A DNA stretch of 48,619 bases from an uncultured archaeon (GTDB lineage Archaea; Altiarchaeota; Altiarchaeia; IMC4; QMZM01). This document shows, in pieces, positions 18,041 through 27,450 of the stretch; the first letter of the stretch is position 1; every line of letters starts with the position of its first letter. Location: NCBI GenBank assembly GCA_965602195.1, contig CBFCYF010000003.1, positions 1 through 48,619 on the forward strand, given 5' to 3'. A model generated the notes under the pieces. It was not told the DNA's origin, searched no databases, and worked only from the letters and a program-made list of their open reading frames with translations. The position numbers were made by a program, and so were the translations under genes.

Positions 18041-18256
18041 ATGGTAACTACGATCCAGATTAGTGGAAAACTGCAGGGAGCATTAACCCAAAGAAAGTTT
18101 TTTGACAGAGAAACGTATGAAGAAGTGATCTGGGATCTGATTGAGGACACTAAAGAATTGAGTGCTGAAACAAAAAAAGAACTGAGAGAAGCCCGTGCTG
18201 AGATAAAAGCAGGTAAAGTCTATACTCTCGCTCAAATGAAGGAAGAGATGAATTAA
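18041..18256 (+). CDS. Antitoxin (RelB-like, RHH type)
   Basis: MVTTIQIS...ETYEEVI; abuts the toxin gene. Confidence 0.8.
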   Translation: MVTTIQISGKLQGALTQRKFFDRETYEEVIWDLIEDTKELSAETKKELREARAEIKAGKVYTLAQMKEEMN

Positions 18257-18505
18257 ATGTATGAAGTTCTTTTCTCGGATAAAGCCAGGAGACAGTTCAA
18301 GAAACTTGAGCGAGAAACACAGGAGAGGATAATCTCAGCCATCGAAAGAATCAGAATACGGCCTGAGGCATACGTCACCAAGCTGGTGGGGGACCCCGGC
18401 TATAAGCTGAGGGTCGGAGACTACCGGATCCTAATGGACATAGAAAAAGACAGGCTCCTGATTCTTGTCCTGAAGATAGGGCACAGACGAAACATCTATA
18501 AATAA
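18257..18505 (+). CDS. relE: RelE/ParE-family toxin
   Basis: YKLRVGDYRI...IGHRRNIY. Confidence 0.92.
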   Translation: MYEVLFSDKARRQFKKLERETQERIISAIERIRIRPEAYVTKLVGDPGYKLRVGDYRILMDIEKDRLLILVLKIGHRRNIYK

Positions 18506-18518
18506 GCTGAAGATGAGC

Positions 18519-18662
18519 TTATAGGAATTCTTCCCTCAGGTACCGTCCCCACTCCAGTCTTTCAAGTGTCTGAATCCCTCTTTCTTTTTCCTTTTCTGCT
18601 ATTTCCTGCGCCTGTCTCCTCATTCTAGCAGTATTTACCATGGCTTCCCATTCGCCGACCAT
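18519..18662 (-). CDS. Possible 47-aa charged protein (MVGEWEAMVNTARMRRQAQEIAEKEKERGIQTLERLEWGRYLREEFL)
   Basis: Manual translation; purine-rich coding-like composition; upstream TTATAT. Confidence 0.35.
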   Translation of the reverse strand: MVGEWEAMVNTARMRRQAQEIAEKEKERGIQTLERLEWGRYLREEFL

Positions 18663-18721
18663 CTTTAGCTTATATTTTATTCCAGAATCCATATAATCTT
18701 AGCTGTGGATAACAACCCATG

Positions 18722-18780
18722 TAGTGTGCTTGAGTTCCCGCAGGGGACGAAACACACCTTAGTCCTCGGCTAATTCCGAG
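18722..18780. repeat. Dispersed ~60-bp repeat, copy 1
   Basis: Reverse complement closely matches 45494-45548. Confidence 0.85.
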
Positions 18781-18782
18781 AT

Positions 18783-18914
18783 GCGGGGGTGCCCGAGCTG
18801 GCCAAAGGGGCAGGACTTAAGAAAGCAAAACCCTCGGTTTTGATTTTCCAAATCCGAAGGATTTGAGAAATCCTGTGGCGTAGGCCTTCGTGGGTTCGAA
18901 TCCCTCCCCCCGCA
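18783..18914 (+). tRNA. tRNA-Leu(TAA) with 48-nt intron at 37/38 (18822-18869)
   Basis: Acceptor GCGGGGG/CCCCCGC-A, anticodon stem CAGGA/TCCTG around CT-TAA-G, long variable arm, GGTTCGAATCC; bulge-helix-bulge core CTTA/TGAG. Confidence 0.93.
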
Positions 18915-18980
18915 AATCCAGGAACCCAGAATGAAGGAGAAATAGAAATAAATTTATAGTTTAAATACAAATATCCTTCA

Positions 18981-20708
18981 ATGAAACTGAAGAGATACAT
19001 AATATTAATGATTCTCGCAGCTTTTCTATTACCTAATGCAGTTCTAGCAGGCACATCAATGGAGTCCGTCTTCTATAAAGGCGATATAGCTCTAACACTG
19101 GACAAAGACACCTACATGGCCGGAGAAGAAATCAGATGCAGCATCTCCGTCCACAGCCTCGATAATGCAACCATAAACAACGCAAGCCTAATACTGCAAA
19201 TCAACAAAGGATGCGAGAATCCAACCTACCCCGCACAGTTCTCAGACTGCGACAACATATTCCTTGAAGAAAAAATCCCTGAAATATATCTGGCACCAGA
19301 AGACAACAGCGAGGTGCAGGTGAAAATACAGCTGCCACAAGACCTCGAAGGCGGCCTCTATAGAATAGACGCCTACCTGAAAACCAAAAGAACACCTATC
19401 GTAGGAATCCCCTTCATCTTCGCATCCCCTAAAGATGAAACCTTCAGGGTGGAGGGAGACGGAAACTTCCCCTCCGCCAAGATCATCAGAACCGAAACCA
19501 GATTCAAGGGAACCAGCAGGGAAACAGGAGAGTGGAGCAGAAAGAATATGCCCTCAGCACCCTACTGGCCCTGGCTCAGAGGACAGATCGGCGCATTCAT
19601 CACCCCAGACATGGAGGAAGTGAGGGGGATGATTTACGTCAAAAACAACCTAAACGAAGAACTAACCGATCTGACATTGGAGGCGTTAATCTGCGAGTGG
19701 GATGACACCTCCTGCGACAACATTACATCAATCAACACCGAAACATTCACTCTACCCCCAGCCACCACCAAACCAATAAACATCACCCTGAAACCACCTG
19801 AGAAATCCGGGGCCTACGCCATCCGCATCTCCGTGAAAAAAGACTCCCGCCTAATTTCACTCTTCCGAAACAGAATAATCGTGGAAGGCGAAACAGCCAG
19901 AATAAGGAAACTCTCAGTAGATAAACCCTACCACAACGCAGGGGAAGAAGGAAGCCTATCAGTGACAGTTGGAACAACACCAGACCACTACACCAGGCCA
20001 ACCATCAGAAACCCAAAGTTGAAGGTAACGGTGGAAGACCTGGAAAACAACAAAATCATATTATCTGAATCCAAAACAATACCTGAGCTCTCAAAAAACA
20101 ATATATTAGATGTCAGCTCCTTCACTTTCACCCCCACCCAAACCCTAAAAAAATTCAGGGTCTCAGCCCAGGTACTGTCCGAGGAAGGCCAGTTATATGA
20201 CACACACACCTACATAGTGGACTCAGGTATGTTCCACGGCCCCATAGAGAATGTTGAGTTAGAGGAGACATATTACTACGACAACACCCTGACAGTTAAA
20301 TTCTGTATCTACGGCAGATCATCCACCCCCACCAAGGGAGAGCTCCTAATACTTATGCTTAAAGGAGGCGATCTGCTGAAGAAATCATGTATGGAAGCCG
20401 ACAACTGTGTCTTATTCACTCACCCTGCAACCCCCGGAGAGAAATTCACTTTCATCGTAAACTGCAGGAAACAATTTAAATTCGATGTAGTGACTCCCAA
20501 GGAAACAATAAAACCACCCACCACAACCATCACTACCTCAACATCCACATTAACCCCCACAACCACAGGCCCTGCCACCACCTCAACCCACACACCCACA
20601 ACCAGCGTTCCCTCAGGGGAAGAAGACGGGGGAGTAATTTTTGCATTAATCGCAGTAGTAATAATAATCCTGGCTGCAGCAGTAATATTGAAGGTGAAAA
20701 GTAAATGA
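18981..20708 (+). CDS. Exported multi-Ig-like surface protein with Thr-rich stalk and C-terminal TM
   Basis: Signal peptide, beta-rich domains, poly-Thr tract, TM plus KVKSK. Confidence 0.8.
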   Translation: MKLKRYIILMILAAFLLPNAVLAGTSMESVFYKGDIALTLDKDTYMAGEEIRCSISVHSLDNATINNASLILQINKGCENPTYPAQFSDCDNIFLEEKIPEIYLAPEDNSEVQVKIQLPQDLEGGLYRIDAYLKTKRTPIVGIPFIFASPKDETFRVEGDGNFPSAKIIRTETRFKGTSRETGEWSRKNMPSAPYWPWLRGQIGAFITPDMEEVRGMIYVKNNLNEELTDLTLEALICEWDDTSCDNITSINTETFTLPPATTKPINITLKPPEKSGAYAIRISVKKDSRLISLFRNRIIVEGETARIRKLSVDKPYHNAGEEGSLSVTVGTTPDHYTRPTIRNPKLKVTVEDLENNKIILSESKTIPELSKNNILDVSSFTFTPTQTLKKFRVSAQVLSEEGQLYDTHTYIVDSGMFHGPIENVELEETYYYDNTLTVKFCIYGRSSTPTKGELLILMLKGGDLLKKSCMEADNCVLFTHPATPGEKFTFIVNCRKQFKFDVVTPKETIKPPTTTITTSTSTLTPTTTGPATTSTHTPTTSVPSGEEDGGVIFALIAVVIIILAAAVILKVKSK

Positions 20709-23266
20709 AAAACAAAATCATTGTTGTGATATTAGGCGCCCTGTCGCTGCTCCTCATAAGTACATCCGGCGTCGCTCAATGTGTGGAAAACGCCACCCAA
20801 TGTGTTGGTTTAACAGCACAGACGTGTACAGGCAGCGTGTGGGTGGATACAGACTGGTGTACTCACTGCTGTATAGGTGGAGCGTGCCAAGACGACACAA
20901 AACACCACGCAGGATGCCATAACGGGGATGTCTACTGGTATGATGCCTGCGACAACCGCCACAACAAGAAAGACAACTGCCACTGGTGGGAAAACTGTGT
21001 GGCTGCAAGCTGTGTACCCAAGGGGAATGGAAGTGAATTCAGTTTCAATCTGGGAGTGAACCACTCCTACCCAGGCTCCGGGATACCTATAGAGCCAACC
21101 AGCAGTGATTGGTCTGACTCAACCCCCGTCAACTTCACATTTTATTTGAATGGAGCTCAATTACTGGATCAGGGACAACCGGGCTGTGATCTAAACGGAG
21201 ACCCTACATGGCATATGGGAGGTCACGAGTACTGCGGATTCTACGTACCTGAAACCGTAGCTGCTGGATTTTATCAACTAAGGGCTGAATGGGATCTGAT
21301 GGGGCATCATCATGTGAAGACCATAGACCCTTCATTTAGGATAAAGGCTCCTGCACAATGGTATACAAGTAGAAGTGCACACGCATGGTATACCTTACAA
21401 GGACCCACCTACACCGAAGATTTTACCATGCCGTATGTGCTCTCAGGAGGCATATACTACACCTGCCTAGGCAATACATTCCTGGTTGAAAACATCGCAG
21501 GGGTTTTAATGGAGTGCTCAGATAGTTGGACTACAAACAGACCGCCTCGTTTAATGACATGGACCTACTGCCCGATAAATACCCGGCAAGGAACCGCACA
21601 GAACAACTGGTGTTCAGGAGTATGTGATTTCATCACCCGCAACACACTTTTTAACGTCGAAACCAGAGGATACTGCCCCCTAAACTCCTACGTCAGCCGC
21701 GGCACAACAGCAAATTTCAATGCATTCACATTTAATATAGCTGGTTTATACACCGTCATATTAGACCTGCAGCATGCATACTCTGATTCCCCGTGGTACA
21801 TCTGCCCTAACATAGGAGGCCTTTGTGCAGTCGGAGTAATGTCGGGAGCAGGAAAACATCACGGCTGGGAGCATCTGGAAACCTACAGGATACGTGCTCT
21901 TTGTGCAGATGACATAAACGCCACATTCAGGAACGTATCCATCTCAGGCGCCAAGGAGATAAGCCCAGGAAACTTCACCATCGAACCTAACCGGACAGGA
22001 GGAAGCCTAAAGAGAGATTTCACCGTAACATGGGAAGTCGAAAACACAGGGGCAGTAGACATAACCATAAAGAACTACTCTCTGACATGCTCCCCGGGCG
22101 TAACCTGCTCAGGGATAACACCCACACCCTTCAACGCAGCTGAGAACTCAACGGTGCTGGTCCACACCAACATACAGATGCCCATCAGAAAAGAGGAACA
22201 ACAAGTCAACATGATCCTCACATACAATGACGGGTATGGATTAGACTGTATACCAGATAAAACCATAAGCAAAACCATAACCGTAAGATGGCTGGATACA
22301 TTAGGGCCACACGTTGACGTGCGTATAGTTTGGGATAACGGAAACGGAGTAGTCTACGGCGGCACAGAAGACACCGCAAACAAGACCATGAACATAACAA
22401 TATGGGACCACTTCTTCATCAACGAAAGCAGTGTCTCAATAATCCTCAACGGAACCACATTCGGCAACAAGCCAGTATACCATGTGTTTTCATTAAATGA
22501 TAAACGCAGCAATTGCTCGATTAAAAGCGAGCTGGGATACCCCTGGCATATCTCCTGCCAATACGATGAACAGGAAATAAAACCAGGCATCATGGAGATC
22601 AAAGCCTCTGCAAGAGACATCTTCTTCCATAACCTGGGCGAAGACAGTGAAGTCTTCCTGTATGCAGTTAAACGGGAGATTAAAGGGATGTGTTACCGGT
22701 GGAACGCAATATCGCTGCCTCTTCTACCGATAAACCCCTCAGGGAACCCGGATGTTAATGTCACAACAACCCCGATTTTACGGGGGTTGCCGTATGACCG
22801 ACTGTCAAGGCATAGGATAGAGGACATATTCGATTCCTTTGCGCCGGAGATCCCCCCCATAATAAGCCAGTCCCTAGAGGAATTAGCGGTCGGGAAAGGC
22901 TATTTCATATTCATAAACGACACAAGCAGGACGTCCCCGAATTGCATAAACAAATCCTATTACGGGATACCTGACCCATCAAACCCCCAGCTGGTTATGA
23001 ATTCCACAGGATGGTATTTCTTTGGAATCCAGAGCAACAGCCTCCTACTCAACGGCACGATAAACGACACCCTCTCAGACGCAGGAATAACATCAGATGA
23101 ATACAATATGATATATTACTACGATAAGGGTCTCTCGCCACCCTACGGAGATTTCGCACATTACCGCCCAGGTGATGGTACCAGCGCCTTCAATAACTTC
23201 ACAATAGGCAGAGGATACTGGATAAACTACACAGGGGTAGGAGAAAATATCCTGCCACTGTACTGA
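20705..23266 (+). CDS. Large secreted Cys-rich, probably glycosylated surface protein
   Basis: Signal peptide, GDVYWYDAC module, many NxT/S sequons, duplicated WN.ISLP..GKGYFI / GWY..GRGYWI C-terminal domain. Confidence 0.8.
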   Translation: MKNKIIVVILGALSLLLISTSGVAQCVENATQCVGLTAQTCTGSVWVDTDWCTHCCIGGACQDDTKHHAGCHNGDVYWYDACDNRHNKKDNCHWWENCVAASCVPKGNGSEFSFNLGVNHSYPGSGIPIEPTSSDWSDSTPVNFTFYLNGAQLLDQGQPGCDLNGDPTWHMGGHEYCGFYVPETVAAGFYQLRAEWDLMGHHHVKTIDPSFRIKAPAQWYTSRSAHAWYTLQGPTYTEDFTMPYVLSGGIYYTCLGNTFLVENIAGVLMECSDSWTTNRPPRLMTWTYCPINTRQGTAQNNWCSGVCDFITRNTLFNVETRGYCPLNSYVSRGTTANFNAFTFNIAGLYTVILDLQHAYSDSPWYICPNIGGLCAVGVMSGAGKHHGWEHLETYRIRALCADDINATFRNVSISGAKEISPGNFTIEPNRTGGSLKRDFTVTWEVENTGAVDITIKNYSLTCSPGVTCSGITPTPFNAAENSTVLVHTNIQMPIRKEEQQVNMILTYNDGYGLDCIPDKTISKTITVRWLDTLGPHVDVRIVWDNGNGVVYGGTEDTANKTMNITIWDHFFINESSVSIILNGTTFGNKPVYHVFSLNDKRSNCSIKSELGYPWHISCQYDEQEIKPGIMEIKASARDIFFHNLGEDSEVFLYAVKREIKGMCYRWNAISLPLLPINPSGNPDVNVTTTPILRGLPYDRLSRHRIEDIFDSFAPEIPPIISQSLEELAVGKGYFIFINDTSRTSPNCINKSYYGIPDPSNPQLVMNSTGWYFFGIQSNSLLLNGTINDTLSDAGITSDEYNMIYYYDKGLSPPYGDFAHYRPGDGTSAFNNFTIGRGYWINYTGVGENILPLY

Positions 23267-23320
23267 CGATAAGGGAAGGAAAAACCTTTTTTTTTATGTT
23301 ATATTACCTAATGTTTACTG

Positions 23321-24193
23321 ATGGATAAGTATCTGGTGTTCGGCCTGATTTTAGTGGTTGTGCTAAGCGGATGCGTTGAAGAAGAAACGGAGACGACAAC
23401 GAATGCTACTATAAAGGCAGCAGATGCCTTAAACTGCAGCGGAATGCAGAACCAGAACGACAGAGATAAATGCTATATCGGCGTTGCCGTAAGAAAAGAA
23501 AACCTTTCAGTCTGCGATAAAATACAGGACCCTGAGATGAGAGACAGATGCTGTAGGGGGGTTGCGGTGGCCAGACAAGATCTTTCAATATGTGATGAAA
23601 TACAAGACCAGGATATGAAAGACCGATGCTACAGACAGTTTGCCGAAGAAAAAGAAGACCCCGCAATATGCGATAAAATACAGGGCAGCAGAATAAAAGA
23701 CTACTGCTGGTGGGATGTTGCCGTAGCCAAAGAAAACCTTTCAATATGCGATAAAATACAGAAGGGGGACTACAGAGACCGATGCTATGAATGGTTTGCC
23801 GAAGAAAAAGAAGACCCCGCAATATGCGATAAAATACAGAACCCGATTATCAGACGCCCCTGCTACCTCAAGATCGCCACCGCCAAACAAGACCCGTCAG
23901 TCTGCGATAGAATACAGGAGGAAGATGATAAGGACAGATGCTACAGTTGCGTTGCCATAGCCAGAGAAGATCTTTCAGTCTGCAATAAGATACAGGATTA
24001 TGGTGTGAAAGATGGATGCTATAGGGGGGTTGCGGTGGCCAGACAAGATCTTTTGATATGCAATAAAATCCAGTGCAGGAACACAAAAAACTCCTGCTAC
24101 AGAATGCTTGCCGTGAAAAAAGAAGACCCCGCAATCTGCGATAAAATAGGGGACCAGGATATGAAAGATGAATGCTACGCACAGTTTGAATGA
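23321..24193 (+). CDS. Cys-rich 26-aa repeat lipoprotein A
   Basis: VLSGC lipobox; about 10 CDKIQ..D.CY units. Confidence 0.85.
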   Translation: MDKYLVFGLILVVVLSGCVEEETETTTNATIKAADALNCSGMQNQNDRDKCYIGVAVRKENLSVCDKIQDPEMRDRCCRGVAVARQDLSICDEIQDQDMKDRCYRQFAEEKEDPAICDKIQGSRIKDYCWWDVAVAKENLSICDKIQKGDYRDRCYEWFAEEKEDPAICDKIQNPIIRRPCYLKIATAKQDPSVCDRIQEEDDKDRCYSCVAIAREDLSVCNKIQDYGVKDGCYRGVAVARQDLLICNKIQCRNTKNSCYRMLAVKKEDPAICDKIGDQDMKDECYAQFE

Positions 24194-24209
24194 AGAAAAA
24201 ACATTATCG

Positions 24210-25115
24210 ATGGATAAATACCTGGTGTTTGGACTGGTTTTAGTGGCTGTGCTAAGCGGATGCATCGATGGAGACAAAGACTATTACTTTGCAGCTATAG
24301 ATGAAATGGATCCCACAATATGCGATAAAATACAGAACCAGATCAGCAAAGATGAATGCTACTACGAGCTTATTTTATACAAAGGAGATCCCACAATATG
24401 CGATAAAATACAGAACCAGACTATCCAAGACGGATGCTATCACTGGATCGCATTCAACAAACAAGAGCCTTCAATCTGCGATAAAATACTGAACCAAGAT
24501 TACAAGGACGGGTGCTACAAATACATTGCTATCTACAAAGGAGACCATTTAATATGTGATAGAATACACAACCAAGACACCAAAGATTATTGTCGAGGTG
24601 TAACCCACGGAGATCCCATAGTATGCGATGAAGTCTATTGGCAGGATAGAGATAATTGCTCCTTAGACAGTGCCATAGCCAAAAGAAACCCATCCATCTG
24701 CGATGAAATACAGGATCAGGATACCAGAGATTGGTGCTACGAAGAAGTTGCGGTACTCAAAAAAAACCACTCAATCTGCGATGAGATACAGGACGAAGAA
24801 TATAGATATTGGTGCTACGAAGAAGTTGCGGTACTCAAAAAAAACCACTCAATCTGCGATAGAATCGGGGAACAAAAGGAGACCATCCAACCCCAGATAC
24901 AAATATTCTACAGAGATGACTGCTACAGCGAAGTTGCCCTATCCAAACAAGACCCCACGATATGTGGCAAAATACAGAACCAGACCAACAAAGATTATTG
25001 CTATGGAACTGTTGCCTTATCCAAAAAAGATACCTCAATCTGTGATGAAATCCAAAGCCAGGACATCAAAGACGAGTGTTATCGCTACATCAATTTATCT
25101 CCCGAAGAATCTTGA
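24210..25115 (+). CDS. Cys-rich 26-aa repeat lipoprotein B
   Basis: Same MDKYLVFGL...LSGC start as A; about 10 units. Confidence 0.85.
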   Translation: MDKYLVFGLVLVAVLSGCIDGDKDYYFAAIDEMDPTICDKIQNQISKDECYYELILYKGDPTICDKIQNQTIQDGCYHWIAFNKQEPSICDKILNQDYKDGCYKYIAIYKGDHLICDRIHNQDTKDYCRGVTHGDPIVCDEVYWQDRDNCSLDSAIAKRNPSICDEIQDQDTRDWCYEEVAVLKKNHSICDEIQDEEYRYWCYEEVAVLKKNHSICDRIGEQKETIQPQIQIFYRDDCYSEVALSKQDPTICGKIQNQTNKDYCYGTVALSKKDTSICDEIQSQDIKDECYRYINLSPEES

Positions 25116-25451
25116 CAGGAAACCCCCGGAGTCTGATTGTTTCCTTTTTTGTGGCGGAACCGCATCACCCAGCATCTCATAAACCGCCTCCAGATATTTC
25201 TTCTGCGTAGGTGCGCCGGGCAGGATACCCGTCTGACCCGCCCTGTTGGTGAGTATGATAGTGGGAACGCTCCTTACCTGATACCTCCGAGCCTTACGTC
25301 TGCCATCCGGGGTGTTAGTCGACACCTCCCCCCACCTAACCCTCCCCTCAAGTTCCGGATAGTCCTCCAGCAACTTCCGGGTAGCCCTAACCGCCGAAGG
25401 ACAATGAGGGCACGACGAGCTCGTCAACACATCAATCCTCAGATCCGCCAT
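25095..25451 (-). CDS. Thioredoxin/glutaredoxin-like protein
   Basis: CPHC and SVPT motifs. Confidence 0.88.
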   Translation of the reverse strand: MADLRIDVLTSSSCPHCPSAVRATRKLLEDYPELEGRVRWGEVSTNTPDGRRKARRYQVRSVPTIILTNRAGQTGILPGAPTQKKYLEAVYEMLGDAVPPQKRKQSDSGGFLSRFFGR

Positions 25452-26317
25452 TTTTGAGATACCATAACATAACCAATCAACCTATACATTAACCTCGCAG
25501 CCAGGAAATCCGGGCAAGGATTCCTTTCATCAGGACATAACTCCACCACATCAAAGCCCACCACATTCCTTTGCATACATACCTCCCTCAGGAACCCAAT
25601 GGTGTTATACCAGCCAAGGCCCCCGGGTTCTGGAGTACCCACAGAAGGCATAATACCTATATCAAAGACATCCAGGTCCAGGGTGATGTACACATCCCTG
25701 CTCAGGGAATCTATCGCCTTATCATACCACCTCCGGTTGTCATAAATGTCTTTCGCCCAGAATACCGCATAATCTCTCTCATCAATAAGCTCTGCCTCCC
25801 CTCTGCTGAGACTTCTGACGCCCACCTGCACGGCATCTGCCTCCTCCCTGATCCTTGACATCACACACGCGTGACTGAATTTATTGCCCAGGTACTCATC
25901 CCTCAGGTCCGCATGAGCATCCAGCTGCAACACCGAGAGCCCAGGGTAATTCTCCCTGAGGGCTCTCACAGAGCCGATGGATATAGAATGTTCACCGCCC
26001 AACAACACAGGGAATTTACCGTCCCTGAGGATACCCCGGATTCCCTCCCTCACTGCCTCAAGAGGATCCCTTCCGCTTAAATCAGGGGGATTCAGGAGAC
26101 AGATACCGCAGTTACAGGGCTCATCCCTCAACTCCTCATCATACAATTCGATGTTGAGGAAGGCCTCAATAATAGCTCTGGGGCCGCGTGCGGTTCCCTT
26201 CCTTCCGGTTACCGTCGCCTCATAGGGGGCGGGCAGAATAACCACCCTGGACTCCCCATAACCACAGAATCCGCCTGAAATGCTAAGTGATTCGAATTCA
26301 TCCATCTTATTCGCCAT
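25439..26317 (-). CDS. speB: Agmatinase
   Basis: GGEHS, DAHAD, SHAC, DLDVFD, GTPEPGG. Confidence 0.93.
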   Translation of the reverse strand: MANKMDEFESLSISGGFCGYGESRVVILPAPYEATVTGRKGTARGPRAIIEAFLNIELYDEELRDEPCNCGICLLNPPDLSGRDPLEAVREGIRGILRDGKFPVLLGGEHSISIGSVRALRENYPGLSVLQLDAHADLRDEYLGNKFSHACVMSRIREEADAVQVGVRSLSRGEAELIDERDYAVFWAKDIYDNRRWYDKAIDSLSRDVYITLDLDVFDIGIMPSVGTPEPGGLGWYNTIGFLREVCMQRNVVGFDVVELCPDERNPCPDFLAARLMYRLIGYVMVSQKWRI

Positions 26318-26324
26318 ATTTTGT

Positions 26325-26903
26325 TTACATTACCAACGATGAGGTTACATACGCCTCGATAAAGGCGGCGATTATGAGCAAAGGCACAACCACAAGCAGA
26401 TAAATTAATGAGGCCTCCCTTATCCTTGAGACCATAGACTCCACCCTTGTTTTTTCTTTTGGGAATATTATGGAGAGACCTGTCCTCATCCCGAGGGTCG
26501 ATGAGAGAAAGATTGCAGACATCTCGAAGAAAGAATGAGGAAGCAACGCCTTAACCAGGAACATATAGTCTCTGCCACTCACCTCACTGAGTTTCACCAC
26601 AAACCCCATCAGGAATCCATTAGTGAACAGAATAAAAAAAGGCGGGATTATGAACACCCCGCTAACTACAATAATGAGGGAAACCCGGAGGTTGTTGAGG
26701 AATATCGTGTAAGCCATATCCAGCTTAGACTTTGAGACAACCATGCTCCTGAGTTTCTCCAGAACCGGAGTCAAGTGCTGCTTGGCGTCCTCATAGGTTA
26801 AATAACCCACGGGAACCCCCAGGATAAAAACAACAAAAGATAAAATAAACAGCCTGGTATTATCCTTCAGTATCCTGATAATCAGTTCCCTGCCTTCAGA
26901 CAT
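26325..26903 (-). CDS. SpoIIM/DUF95-family membrane protein
   Basis: IFLNN, NGF, PHSFFE, AAFIEA. Confidence 0.88.
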   Translation of the reverse strand: MSEGRELIIRILKDNTRLFILSFVVFILGVPVGYLTYEDAKQHLTPVLEKLRSMVVSKSKLDMAYTIFLNNLRVSLIIVVSGVFIIPPFFILFTNGFLMGFVVKLSEVSGRDYMFLVKALLPHSFFEMSAIFLSSTLGMRTGLSIIFPKEKTRVESMVSRIREASLIYLLVVVPLLIIAAFIEAYVTSSLVM

Positions 26904-26907
26904 AATA

Positions 26908-27396
26908 TCACCCAAAAGAGGTTCCACAGTAACTGCAGTTAGGGACTCCTTCAGGAGTACTGTGCCCGCATCTGGGACATATCATGAAGGTTTTAACTTC
27001 ATCCTCCTGCCTTACGCTGCGATACTTGTGCATACCCCCCACAAATTTCTTGGACTGCGAGAAGAACGTTGATGTGGAAGATATCATAGACCCCATCAAG
27101 CAGCCGACTACCACAAAAAACAGACACACTATATGCCACACCACAAACATCCATAGAAATAGGATATTAGCTAAAAGACTCAGACCCAGAACGTACTTCA
27201 ACAGGACCATAACCCCAATCACTACACAAAGAACACCGGCAGTTACAGCTCTTTTAATGCCCCCTTTCACAGACCGGCCTATGAACACACCGACCATCAA
27301 CGGCCCGATAATGGGAACCCAATTCATAAGGGAATACATAATCCCCCCAAAGATTACTGACACTGCAGCCAACAAAAACTCCCCTGTCTTTGACAT
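26908..27396 (-). CDS. Membrane protein with C-terminal zinc ribbon
   Basis: 3-4 TMs; CPRCG...CSYCG. Confidence 0.75.
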   Translation of the reverse strand: MSKTGEFLLAAVSVIFGGIMYSLMNWVPIIGPLMVGVFIGRSVKGGIKRAVTAGVLCVVIGVMVLLKYVLGLSLLANILFLWMFVVWHIVCLFFVVVGCLMGSMISSTSTFFSQSKKFVGGMHKYRSVRQEDEVKTFMICPRCGHSTPEGVPNCSYCGTSFG

Positions 27397-27450
27397 AATA
27401 TATGATACAGAGCTAAAGATTAATAATAATGCATCCCGCCCCCGCTGAAC

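Noticed and set aside
18770-19054. 94-aa minus-strand ORF
   Set aside because: Antisense to tRNA-Leu
24168-24209. Upstream start of lipoprotein B given in the ORF track
   Set aside because: ATG 24210 reproduces the paralog's MDKYLVFGL signal peptide
23321-25115. Repeat lipoproteins A and B as integron cassettes, or as diversity-generating retroelement targets
   Set aside because: No attC visible in the short spacers; no reverse transcriptase and no adenine-specific TR/VR pair seen
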